The position numbers were made by a program, and so were the translations under genes. Below, in pieces: positions 8,076-15,901 of a DNA stretch of 61,875 nucleotides; the first letter of the stretch is position 1, and every line of letters begins with the position of its first letter. The notes beneath the pieces were generated by a model that saw only the letters and a program-made list of their open reading frames with translations, ran no database searches and was not told where the DNA came from. The DNA comes from a virus (lineage: Duplodnaviria; Caudoviricetes). Location: the IMG/VR virus record IMGVR_UViG_3300005827_000088, positions 1 through 61,875 of that record; one strand, written 5' to 3'.

Positions 8076-8993
8076 ATGATGGATCAAGCTGAACTCACAT
8101 ACCGCCAAGGCCTGTCCCTGGACGAGAAGGTCCTCATGACGCGCCAGCGCATCAGGGACTACGTCGAGTGGGCCGAGAGTGTCGGCAAGACGCCCATGGT
8201 CGCTTTCTCCGGCGGCATTGACTCCACGGTTCTGCTCCACATCGCGCGGCACGACTTCCCTTCGATGCGGGCAGTATTCTCCAATACAGGACTGGAGTTT
8301 CCGGAAATAGTCAGCTTCGTCCACACATTCGAGGGTGTGGACATGGTTCGCCCGAAGGTTCCGTTCCACCAGGTCGTGAAGAAATTCGGCTGGCCGGTGA
8401 CCACGAAGAAGGTCGCGCGCATGATCCGCATGCTGCAGAATCCCACGGAGAAGAATGCCGCCACCAGAAACCTGTACCTGACCGGAGTGAACCAGGAGGG
8501 GAAGTTCATCCCGTCGTGGAAGTTGCCGGCGAAATGGCTGAAGTTCGTGAACTCCGAGTTCAAGGTAAGCGACAAGTGCTGCGACTGCCTGAAAAAGGAA
8601 CCCATGGGCCGCATCAAGCGCGAGTTCAACGCGGCTCCTATCACCGGGACTATGGTCGAGGACTCAGCGTTTCGGCGCACTTCGTACATGACCTACGGCT
8701 GCAGTATTATGAACGAAGACGATCCAGTGTCCAGGCCCATGAGTTTCTGGGGCAAGGACGACATCTGGGCCTTCGTGCGTGCTAACCAGATCTCCTACTG
8801 CAGTGTGTACGACATGGGCTATCAGCGCACAGGGTGCACGTTCTGCGGGTTCGGAGCTCACCTTGATCGAGGCATGAACAGGTTCCAGCTTTTAGAGCGG
8901 ACACATCCGCAGCTTCACAAGTACGTGATGGATACGCTGGGGATGGAAAGGGTTTTGCGGTTTACTGGTGTCAGAACACGCCTGGGAATGTGA
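8076..8993 (+). CDS. phosphoadenosine phosphosulfate (PAPS) reductase-family protein
   Basis: PP-loop AFSGGIDS, NTGLEFPE, KCCDCLKKEP and RTGCTFCGF. Confidence 0.88.
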   Translation: MMDQAELTYRQGLSLDEKVLMTRQRIRDYVEWAESVGKTPMVAFSGGIDSTVLLHIARHDFPSMRAVFSNTGLEFPEIVSFVHTFEGVDMVRPKVPFHQVVKKFGWPVTTKKVARMIRMLQNPTEKNAATRNLYLTGVNQEGKFIPSWKLPAKWLKFVNSEFKVSDKCCDCLKKEPMGRIKREFNAAPITGTMVEDSAFRRTSYMTYGCSIMNEDDPVSRPMSFWGKDDIWAFVRANQISYCSVYDMGYQRTGCTFCGFGAHLDRGMNRFQLLERTHPQLHKYVMDTLGMERVLRFTGVRTRLGM

Positions 8994-9070
8994 CGGTGCG
9001 TAGCCCAGCCAGGTAGGGCGCCTGCTTTGGGAGCAGGATGTCGGGGGTTCGAATCCCTCCGCACCGACCA
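8994..9070 (+). tRNA. tRNA-Pro (anticodon TGG)
   Basis: Acceptor stem CGGTGCG/CGCACCG, anticodon arm CCTGC-TTTGGGA-GCAGG, T-loop GTTCGAATC, encoded CCA; 77 nt. Confidence 0.95.
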
Positions 9071-9111
9071 AGAGTCTCATCCCAATCACGGGAAACCATA
9101 AGGAGGATCAC

Positions 9112-9474
9112 ATGGCTCATTTGGACAAGTTGAGCATCGCCGGCATCGCCGACGGAGCCGCGGTGGAGGCCCTGGATTACGAACTCCAGCGCGCGCTGGA
9201 CAACATCGTCGACCCGAACACCCCCGCCAAGGGCGCCCGGACCGTCACCCTGACGGTCAAGATCATGCCCGAAGCCAACCGCGACGAGGCGAAGGTCACC
9301 TTCACGGCCAAGTCGGTTCTGCAGCCGGCCGCGGCCGTCGAGACGCGTCTGTTCATCCACGACCAGAAGGGTGTGGCGGTCGCGTCCGAGTATGTGAAGC
9401 CCGAACCCCAGAAGCAGGCCAAGCTGCCCGAGAACGTGCACAAGATCGCCGCCGCCGGCGGCACCGAGGAGTAA
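9112..9474 (+). CDS. conserved phage protein (often annotated 'replication terminator'-like; partner of the next gene)
   Basis: AGGAGG RBS; ELQRALDNIVDPNT..ARTVTLTVKI motif. Confidence 0.65.
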   Translation: MAHLDKLSIAGIADGAAVEALDYELQRALDNIVDPNTPAKGARTVTLTVKIMPEANRDEAKVTFTAKSVLQPAAAVETRLFIHDQKGVAVASEYVKPEPQKQAKLPENVHKIAAAGGTEE

Positions 9475-9478
9475 GTCC

Positions 9479-10204
9479 ATGTCCACCACCAGCGAGAAAG
9501 AAGCCCTGCAGTACGTCGTCGGCCTGAGCAAGCCCGAGATCATCGAGGTCGACGGGCGCCCGTTCTGCGAACGCAACCTGAAGCCCGTCGTGGAGCCTCC
9601 GGTCGGAACGCTGAACGTGAACACCCTGGACGCCCTGACCGACTTCATCTTCGGCACCGGCCTGACCGAGCAGAGCAAACTCATCATCCACGTGGTCAAC
9701 AACCGCACCGTGCGCCTGCTGCGCTCCCACCAGGGCGTCTTCGGCGTCAACCAGGTCTTCGTCGAGTCCATGGCCCAGGTCGCCAATCTGGACGAGATTA
9801 CCGAGCAGTACAGCAACGTCGAGGACTTCCTGGTCATGCTGAACACCATGTTCGTCAAGGACGTCGGCAACCACCAGGACGTGCGTGAGGTCGTGTGCGC
9901 GCTGGCGTCCGACTCCGAGTTGACCCTGACCGACGACGGCTTCAGCCAGAACGCCACGGTCAAGTCCGGCATCAAGCGCGTGGGCCGCGAGGAGATCCCG
10001 AATCCGGTTGTGCTGGCACCCTACTCCACGTTCCCTGAGATCGCGCAGCCCGAGCGCAAGTTCCTCCTTCGCCTCAAGAAGATCGGCTCGGGCATCGGCG
10101 TCTGCCTGCACCCCGTCGAGGACGCCACGTGGATCTCGACCTGCGTGAACGACATCAAGAAGCACCTGCGCAGCGTCGAGGGCATGTCCCTCAAGGTCAT
10201 CTAG
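9479..10204 (+). CDS. conserved phage protein (possibly YfdQ/DUF2303-like)
   Basis: 241 aa with DDGFSQ..VKSG and PNPVVLAPYSTFPEIAQP motifs; strong codon bias. Confidence 0.6.
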   Translation: MSTTSEKEALQYVVGLSKPEIIEVDGRPFCERNLKPVVEPPVGTLNVNTLDALTDFIFGTGLTEQSKLIIHVVNNRTVRLLRSHQGVFGVNQVFVESMAQVANLDEITEQYSNVEDFLVMLNTMFVKDVGNHQDVREVVCALASDSELTLTDDGFSQNATVKSGIKRVGREEIPNPVVLAPYSTFPEIAQPERKFLLRLKKIGSGIGVCLHPVEDATWISTCVNDIKKHLRSVEGMSLKVI

Positions 10205-10212
10205 CAGACAAA

Positions 10213-10247
10213 GGACTAGGGCCGGGAGAAATCTCCCGGCTCAGTCC
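10213..10247 (+). other. intergenic stem-loop (mRNA stabiliser or processing site)
   Basis: ggact-a-gggccgggag-aaat-ctcccggctc-agtcc; no U tract. Confidence 0.5.
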
Positions 10248-10262
10248 AAAGGAAAGGACAGC

Positions 10263-11522
10263 ATGGAAGAAACGAAAGAGATGGACTTTCAGGTCATAGT
10301 CGACCTGCCCGTGGTCGTGTTCAACGTCGAGGAACTCAAGTCGCAGGCGCTGGCCCTGGTCGAGAAGTACGACGGGCTGGTGTTCACCGAAGAGGAGATC
10401 CCGGCAGTCCGCCGCGACATGGCGATGCTGAACTCTCTGGCCGAGAAGCTGGAGCGCGCGCGCATCGACACGGCCAAGCAGATGATGGCCCCGATCAAGG
10501 AGTTCGAGGCCCAGATCAAGGACGTCAGCGCGATCCTGCTCAACACCAGATCTGTCCTGGGCGGCAAGGTCCAGGTGTTCGTCGAGCAGCAGAAGGAACT
10601 CCGCCGGCAGGCTGTGCTGCAGGCGATCGAGGACGTGCGGACCAAGTACATGGCGTTCTGTTCGGGCCTGCAGGTCCAGTTGCGCGAGACGTGGCTGGCC
10701 AAGTCGACGTCGATGATCTCGGTGAAGTCCGACATCAACGACATCTTCTCTGAGCACACGAAGGCCATGGAGGCTCAGGCCGCCCTGCTGATCGCGAAGC
10801 AGGAGCGCTCCCAGGCCATCGAGGCGAAGGCCGCGGGCCTGGAGGCCCAGTACGGCTTCGCGCTGCCCAGGATGCAGTTCGCGAGCTACCTGAGCATGGA
10901 CTTCTCCCTGAGCGATGCCTACGCTTATATGGAGGGCGTGTACCAGAAGGAGGCCGACAGGCGTGCTGAGGCGGCCCGGATCGCAGCTGAGAAGGCCGAG
11001 GCCGCGCGCATCGAGCGTGAACGGCTGGATGCGATCGAGGCGGAGCGCAAGCGCGTGGCCGCCGAGGAGCAGGCCCGCAAGGACGCCGAGCGTGCACGCT
11101 TGGCAGCCGAAAAGGCTGAGGAGGCCCTGGAGCGTGGTCGGCAGGAAGAGGCCCGTCGTGCTGCCGAAGCTGAAGAACGCGCCCGCAAGGACGCCGAGGC
11201 AGCGCGCAACCGTGTGGACACCCCGAGCAACGCTGAGATGGCAGCTAGGCTGGCCGAGACGGTGACGACTTCGGGGCAGCTTGCTGACGCGCAACGCGAG
11301 GCCCTGGCCCCGCGCAAGGACGTTCCGCAGTGGTCTGGCGGGCCGCAGTTCAACGACCCAGAACAGCCCCAGGTCGTGGACGACATCACAACAGTGACGG
11401 CGGCTGAGGTCCTCAAGGCCCTGGTGCAGGAGATCAAGACCGCCCCGCACCTGATCGCCGTGAAGAACAGCAAGGCCTTCCAGGACGCCAAGGCGCTCCT
11501 CGCGGCCATCAAGGAGGTGTAG
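10263..11522 (+). CDS. DUF1351-family coiled-coil protein
   Basis: N-terminal VVFNVEELK..VEKYDGLVFTEE..RRDMAMLN..PIKEFE; long EAER-rich coil. Confidence 0.75.
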   Translation: MEETKEMDFQVIVDLPVVVFNVEELKSQALALVEKYDGLVFTEEEIPAVRRDMAMLNSLAEKLERARIDTAKQMMAPIKEFEAQIKDVSAILLNTRSVLGGKVQVFVEQQKELRRQAVLQAIEDVRTKYMAFCSGLQVQLRETWLAKSTSMISVKSDINDIFSEHTKAMEAQAALLIAKQERSQAIEAKAAGLEAQYGFALPRMQFASYLSMDFSLSDAYAYMEGVYQKEADRRAEAARIAAEKAEAARIERERLDAIEAERKRVAAEEQARKDAERARLAAEKAEEALERGRQEEARRAAEAEERARKDAEAARNRVDTPSNAEMAARLAETVTTSGQLADAQREALAPRKDVPQWSGGPQFNDPEQPQVVDDITTVTAAEVLKALVQEIKTAPHLIAVKNSKAFQDAKALLAAIKEV

Positions 11523-11523
11523 C

Positions 11524-11871
11524 ATGTCCGGAGGACTGAGAATCATTCCCGATGCCGTCGTCAAGCCCGAGAGCATGTTCGACCGCGCACGCCAGAGAAT
11601 GGTCCAGCTGCTGGCGTTCATGGGCCTGGCTAAGGCTGGGCTGACTCCTGACCTGACCAGGGTCAGGGACATGCACCCGCACCACTGCGGACCCGTCGGC
11701 AACCGCGGCGCCACCATGCGCGGAAACAGATACTGCACCAACAACAATGGACCTGGCGTCGCGAAGTCGTATCTCGCCAGGCGCGGGTCTGGGCTGCTGA
11801 TGCAGCACGAGATCGAGTTCCTGCGCAACGGGAATCCGAAGGGGTCTTACACATGCCATCGCGCAACCTGA
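11524..11871 (+). CDS. hypothetical protein
   Basis: GGAGGT RBS; operonic. Confidence 0.55.
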   Translation: MSGGLRIIPDAVVKPESMFDRARQRMVQLLAFMGLAKAGLTPDLTRVRDMHPHHCGPVGNRGATMRGNRYCTNNNGPGVAKSYLARRGSGLLMQHEIEFLRNGNPKGSYTCHRAT

Positions 11872-12116
11872 AGCTCAAGGCCGGCGACGCCGCGCTCATC
11901 GTGCGCCAGGACCTCAGCTTTGAGGGGAACATCCCCAAGCAGGGCAAGGAAGACAAGATGTACCTGAACTCCATGCTGGTCATGTCCATCGCCACACGAC
12001 TGCGCGTGGACAAGAACTTCGCCCAGGAGAACATCACCTGGATGGAGAATTACGTGAACCGCAACAACTCCAGGATCATCCTGGCACCACCAAAGGAGAT
12101 CATCCATGCTGGCTGA
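11853..12116 (+). CDS. hypothetical protein
   Basis: 87 aa, overlaps its neighbours, phage-like codon use. Confidence 0.55.
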   Translation: MPSRNLKLKAGDAALIVRQDLSFEGNIPKQGKEDKMYLNSMLVMSIATRLRVDKNFAQENITWMENYVNRNNSRIILAPPKEIIHAG

Positions 12117-12255
12117 ACTCTTTGCCGAGTACGGGAAACTCTTGTATCTCGCGCTTGCGGTCGGCACGCTTTGCCATGGCTGCTATCGCGCCGGGTACAG
12201 GTCAGGAATCAACCGCGCCAACCAGTGCATCAAGGAGGTCGTTGATGGACACTGA
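12106..12255 (+). CDS. small membrane protein (49 aa)
   Basis: AAGGAG RBS; manual translation MLAELFAEYGKLLYLALAVGTLCHGCYRAGYRSG... Confidence 0.5.
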   Translation: MLAELFAEYGKLLYLALAVGTLCHGCYRAGYRSGINRANQCIKEVVDGH

Positions 12256-12697
12256 CATCTTGCGGCAGTTTGCCGAGAACGAGCAGGCCCGGGCCATGCT
12301 CAAAGCCGAACTCGAGGCTGCCAACGCCGAGAAGGAACGGCTCCAGACCATCATCGTCACCATGTTCTCCGAGGAGGGCACCCAGTCCCAGCGGGTCGTC
12401 ATGCCCGACGGGAGCAAGAAGACCATCCACCTCCGGCGCGAGCTCTGGGCCGGGCATGCCGGCGACGCCCAGGCCCTGTGCGAGGCTCTGAAGAGCAGCG
12501 GCTACGAGTCCTACGTGAAGGAGACGTTCAACGTGCAGAGCGTCTCCTCCCTGGTCAAGGAGATGGCCGCCGACTACTACGGGGTCAAGGAGCTTGGCTC
12601 CTACAGCGTCGAGCAGATCCTCGAGGCCGTGCCCGACGAGATGCGCGGGGTCATGAAACTGAGCGAACTGTTCAAGATCGGCATGAGGAGTGCCTGA
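12245..12697 (+). CDS. conserved phage replication-module hypothetical protein
   Basis: Start MDTDILRQ after AAGGAGG; N-terminal coil and VKETFNVQSVSSLVKE motif. Confidence 0.65.
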   Translation: MDTDILRQFAENEQARAMLKAELEAANAEKERLQTIIVTMFSEEGTQSQRVVMPDGSKKTIHLRRELWAGHAGDAQALCEALKSSGYESYVKETFNVQSVSSLVKEMAADYYGVKELGSYSVEQILEAVPDEMRGVMKLSELFKIGMRSA

Positions 12698-12700
12698 GCC

Positions 12701-13519
12701 ATGGCCAAGAAGACAGAGATCAAGTGGAAGCTCCCCAGCACTCCGCTCCAGTACGACGAGCGCGTCGTTCTGGAGTACCTGGAGAGCAAGGATGGAGCGT
12801 GCGGGATCGAGCGCACGAACCAGGCAGTCACATTCGTCTGCTTCTCCACAAGGCCTCTGCACGGGCACGCGTCGGCGTCGCGCGCGCTGCGCACCTTGAA
12901 CGTCATGGGTCTGGTCGAGAGGGTGCGCAGGTTCGGCGTGGTGTACTGGCGTAGGATCCGCTTCGACGAGGAGGTGAAGGTCGAGAAGGGCGAGTGGGTC
13001 GACGCAAAGGGTGACGACACGGCCATCTTCAGAAGCGAGACGGTGTGCACCCTGTTCCAGGTCCTGAACGCAAAGCACCCCGAGCCGCTGGATGTGGCCT
13101 TCCTCTCCCGGTCGGTAGGCGGCAACCCTCCGTATCACGTCCAGGAGACGATGGATGGCCTGGTCAGGGCCGGGTATGCTCTTAGCAACAACCAGGTCGG
13201 CAAGAAGCTGCTCTACTGGCCGTCGAAGAAGGGCCGTGCGTACTGGAAGACCGTCCGCAAAGTCCGCGACGATGCGGAGATCGTCCTGGAGTACCTCCAG
13301 AAGCACCAGGATGAGCCGCACATGTGCCGGTACAGCAGCATCGGCAGCGAGGCGCTCCGTCTGCCCAAGGAGTTGGCGTATCAGATCGTGGTACGCCGGG
13401 TGGGCCTGATCATCAAGGAACTTGCCGACAAGGGACTTGTCTACAAGGAGAAGCACAAGGTCGAAGCGTGGGTGTGGGTCAGAGTCAAGAAACAACCAAC
13501 CGACAACAGCAAGGAGTAG
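12701..13519 (+). CDS. basic protein, possibly tandem winged-helix domains
   Basis: Three similar units: VLEYL..L..L...GLV, L...GY, VLEYL..ELADKGLV. Confidence 0.55.
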   Translation: MAKKTEIKWKLPSTPLQYDERVVLEYLESKDGACGIERTNQAVTFVCFSTRPLHGHASASRALRTLNVMGLVERVRRFGVVYWRRIRFDEEVKVEKGEWVDAKGDDTAIFRSETVCTLFQVLNAKHPEPLDVAFLSRSVGGNPPYHVQETMDGLVRAGYALSNNQVGKKLLYWPSKKGRAYWKTVRKVRDDAEIVLEYLQKHQDEPHMCRYSSIGSEALRLPKELAYQIVVRRVGLIIKELADKGLVYKEKHKVEAWVWVRVKKQPTDNSKE

Positions 13520-13523
13520 CATC

Positions 13524-14339
13524 ATGTCCGAGAATCTGCCGGCCCTGCCGGAATCCGTACAGCACCTGCCTGTCCTCAACCAGGACCTGGGCCAGATCAA
13601 AGCCATGCTGGCCAAGAACATGGGCGCGGCCAACCTGACCGCAGCTGACCTGGACAAGATCAAGGTCCCGTCCGGCGAAATCCCGCTGTGGATGGTGCAG
13701 ACCCTCGAAGGCCCCAAGGGCATGGAGGCCCTGGAGGGCGTCATCGCCATGGTGAGCATGGGCCGCGGCTACTGGCAGAGCGACGAGGTGGGCAATACGC
13801 CCCCCGACTGCTCCAGCGAAGACACCATCACCGGCTACGGCCGCCGCGGCGCCATGGACACCACGGATGGTCCGCACGACTGCGCCACCTGCATCATGAA
13901 CCAGTTCGGCACCGCGACCAAGAACGGCGTTGCCGGCGCCGGCAAGGCCTGCAACGAACGCGCGCACCTGTTCCTGCTCACCGGCATGGGTTATCTGCCC
14001 CAGGTTGTGCAGGTTCCGGCAACGAGCCTGGGTGGCTGGCGCAAGTTCATCGCGCGCCTGTCCAGCTTCGGCAAGGCCTACAGCGCCGTGGTGGTCAAGA
14101 TGACCCTGGCCCCGAAGAAGAACAAGGGCGGCACCAACTACATGGAGATCGTGTTCAACTCCGTGTCCGTGCTCCCCCCCGATGCCGTCGCCCGCGTCGA
14201 GTCCTACGCTGCGGCGTTCGCCGAGAGCTTCAAGCGCGCCACGAAGCCGGAGTACGAGGGCAGTGCCGGAGATGCCGACGATGCCCCGCCGCCCTCTTTC
14301 GAGGACGACATCCCCGTATCCCCTGCAGCCGACGAGTAG
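13524..14339 (+). CDS. putative single-stranded DNA-binding protein
   Basis: Start MSENLP after AAGGAG; RGYW, PPDCSS, CxxC, GKAC motifs; acidic C-terminal tail (DADDAPPPSFEDDIPVSPAADE). Confidence 0.6.
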   Translation: MSENLPALPESVQHLPVLNQDLGQIKAMLAKNMGAANLTAADLDKIKVPSGEIPLWMVQTLEGPKGMEALEGVIAMVSMGRGYWQSDEVGNTPPDCSSEDTITGYGRRGAMDTTDGPHDCATCIMNQFGTATKNGVAGAGKACNERAHLFLLTGMGYLPQVVQVPATSLGGWRKFIARLSSFGKAYSAVVVKMTLAPKKNKGGTNYMEIVFNSVSVLPPDAVARVESYAAAFAESFKRATKPEYEGSAGDADDAPPPSFEDDIPVSPAADE

Positions 14340-14348
14340 GAGTCCACG

Positions 14349-14681
14349 ATGAAAGAGAGCAGAGGTCCGAGGCAGGTAGGCCGCGACGACGTAGCGGTCA
14401 TGCTGTCGAGCGAGGTTGGATGTCAGCTTGAGACCTCCAAGAACATCCTGCGCGCCCTCTTCGGTGCTGGCGGGTCTGGCCCTGCCGGCGGAGAGAGAAC
14501 CGTCGGGATCATCGAGACGCTCCTGGACCGTGGTTCCGAGGTGAACATCAGGGGCTTCGGATGCTTCCGGAGGTCCTCGTTCAAGGCGCGCAAGAGCCGC
14601 ATCAACGGCGTCATGACGCAGTGCAGGGCCAAGCGCAAGCTGTCCTTCAGGGCCAGCGAAGCGACCGACATCGTGGAGTAG
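14349..14681 (+). CDS. HU/IHF-like DNA-binding protein
   Basis: EVNIRGFGCF..ARKSR..AKRKLSFRAS signature. Confidence 0.75.
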   Translation: MKESRGPRQVGRDDVAVMLSSEVGCQLETSKNILRALFGAGGSGPAGGERTVGIIETLLDRGSEVNIRGFGCFRRSSFKARKSRINGVMTQCRAKRKLSFRASEATDIVE

Positions 14682-14743
14682 ATCAAGGGGCCGGGACTAC
14701 AGACCGGCCCAATGATTGAAAGTAATACGCACGGAGGTGCGAG

Positions 14744-14917
14744 ATGAAGCTCATAAGCTGCGACAACTGCGGCGTGGTTCTCGATGCTGACAAGCTGAAG
14801 TTCCCGGAACTGTGGAAGATGGACGAGATTGGCGACGCCGGGGAGTGGGACGGGGAACGCTTCGTTTCCGTTGTGCCTTGCCCGGTGTGCGCCACGAACA
14901 TCCGCGAACCCGAATGA
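14744..14917 (+). CDS. small Zn-finger protein (57 aa)
   Basis: GGAGG RBS; manual translation MKLISCDNCGVVLD...VPCPVCATNI. Confidence 0.6.
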   Translation: MKLISCDNCGVVLDADKLKFPELWKMDEIGDAGEWDGERFVSVVPCPVCATNIREPE

Positions 14918-14922
14918 TTCAG

Positions 14923-15214
14923 GATCATAAGGAGGGCGGCGTGGGGAACTACCTTGTACGGCTCACCATCAACGACGACGGGGAGAATATTGAAAACCCC
15001 CGTCTGGTGCCTTGTGGACCCAGGATGCGGGGATGCAGACCGCACACTCTGCGGCGGGGAAGTGTTCGGCGTTGGAGAGGGCGCGGGGCGCGGAGAGGTT
15101 AAGCTCGTGCAGCGCGGCGGGATCACCTGCCCCGTCTGTATCAGGATAATCAAGAGTTTCAAGTCTGTGCGACTTTAGAGCTAACTACATCTGATCATAA
15201 GGAGGGCGACGTGG
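14923..15214 (+). repeat. 22-nt direct repeat containing RBS and GTG start
   Basis: gatcataaggagggcg(g/a)cgtgg at 14923-14944 and 15193-15214, one mismatch. Confidence 0.85.
14941..15178 (+). pseudogene. small Cys-containing gene interrupted by a +1 frameshift (or recoded)
   Basis: MGNYLVRLTINDDGENIENP continues in the +1 frame as VWCLVDPGCGDADRTLCGGEVFG...ITCPVCIRIIK across AAAACCCCC at 14993-15001. Confidence 0.55.
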
Positions 15215-15348
15215 ACTTGTACGACATTGGGTTTTGGTCGTTCGCCATCTGGTACGACTGCGGCACAGCAATGTACGGGGATGGCTGCGGTGGGTGGGAG
15301 TGGACCGTGTGCTTTGAGGTCTGCACCCTGCCCGGCCTGACCCAATGA
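15211..15348 (+). CDS. small aromatic/Cys-rich peptide (45 aa)
   Basis: AAGGAGG RBS and GTG; MDLYDIGFWSFAIWYDCG... Confidence 0.4.
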   Translation: MDLYDIGFWSFAIWYDCGTAMYGDGCGGWEWTVCFEVCTLPGLTQ

Positions 15349-15357
15349 CACCTAAGC

Positions 15358-15448
15358 ATTTGTTCTCCCCCGCGGGTTCCGGCCGGATGACGACCGAACT
15401 GCGTGGCCCGTCACTACGCAGGGCCGGATCCTTCGAGGGGGAGCAAAT
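15358..15448 (+). ncRNA. candidate structured RNA: three-way junction with complementary loops
   Basis: Nested stems atttgttctccc/gggggagcaaat, ggttccggc/gccggatcc, cgg/ccg and ctgcgtgg/ctacgcag; loop segments TGACG (15388-15392) and CGTCA (15409-15413) are complementary. Confidence 0.55.
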
Positions 15449-15462
15449 AAAGGAGAAACAGC

Positions 15463-15756
15463 ATGCTTGAAATTAACGTCCAATGGAATCCGCTGATGTC
15501 AAAGTTCCAGTGCTATGTGCTCAAGGACGGTGGGTATATCGCATCCCCGCTTTCCCTGGCGAAACTCGACACAGCTGGCTGGGCTGACCCGACAATGGTG
15601 CTGTCTCCGGAGGAGGCGCAGTACATTGCCGATCAGCTTTGGAACGCCGGCATTCGTCCCGCAGGAAGCAAGCAGAGCCAGGGTGCATTCGATGCGCAGG
15701 GACGGCACCTGGAGGACATGCGCTGCCTTGTGTTCAAACACAAGCCGTCGAAGTGA
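15463..15756 (+). CDS. conserved phage hypothetical protein
   Basis: AAGGAG RBS; EEAQYIADQLWNAGIRP..HLEDMRCLVF. Confidence 0.65.
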   Translation: MLEINVQWNPLMSKFQCYVLKDGGYIASPLSLAKLDTAGWADPTMVLSPEEAQYIADQLWNAGIRPAGSKQSQGAFDAQGRHLEDMRCLVFKHKPSK

Positions 15757-15818
15757 CCTCGCAAGCATCATTCCTGTTGACAGGCAAGACCATTTTTTGA
15801 GAGTATGGATTTCTCGCG

Positions 15819-15886
15819 TTGAGCGTTGCCCCGCTCAAAGAAGGCCCCGAGTCTCCGCCTCATCAGCGGATCGACCCGGGGCCTTC
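15819..15886. terminator. double hairpin between convergent transcription units
   Basis: ttgagcg/cgctcaa (15819-15838) and gaaggccccg/cggggccttc (15840-15886); U tracts are weak. Confidence 0.5.
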
Positions 15887-15901
15887 GCCATTTCTGACAC
15901 C

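Noticed and set aside
8994-9070. tRNA as a prophage attachment site
   Set aside because: Phage genes lie on both sides in one operon; I saw no integrase and no duplicated tRNA 3' end.
15777-15810. TTGACA as the promoter of an antisense RNA to the giant gene
   Set aside because: No acceptable -10 element at 16-18 nt spacing.
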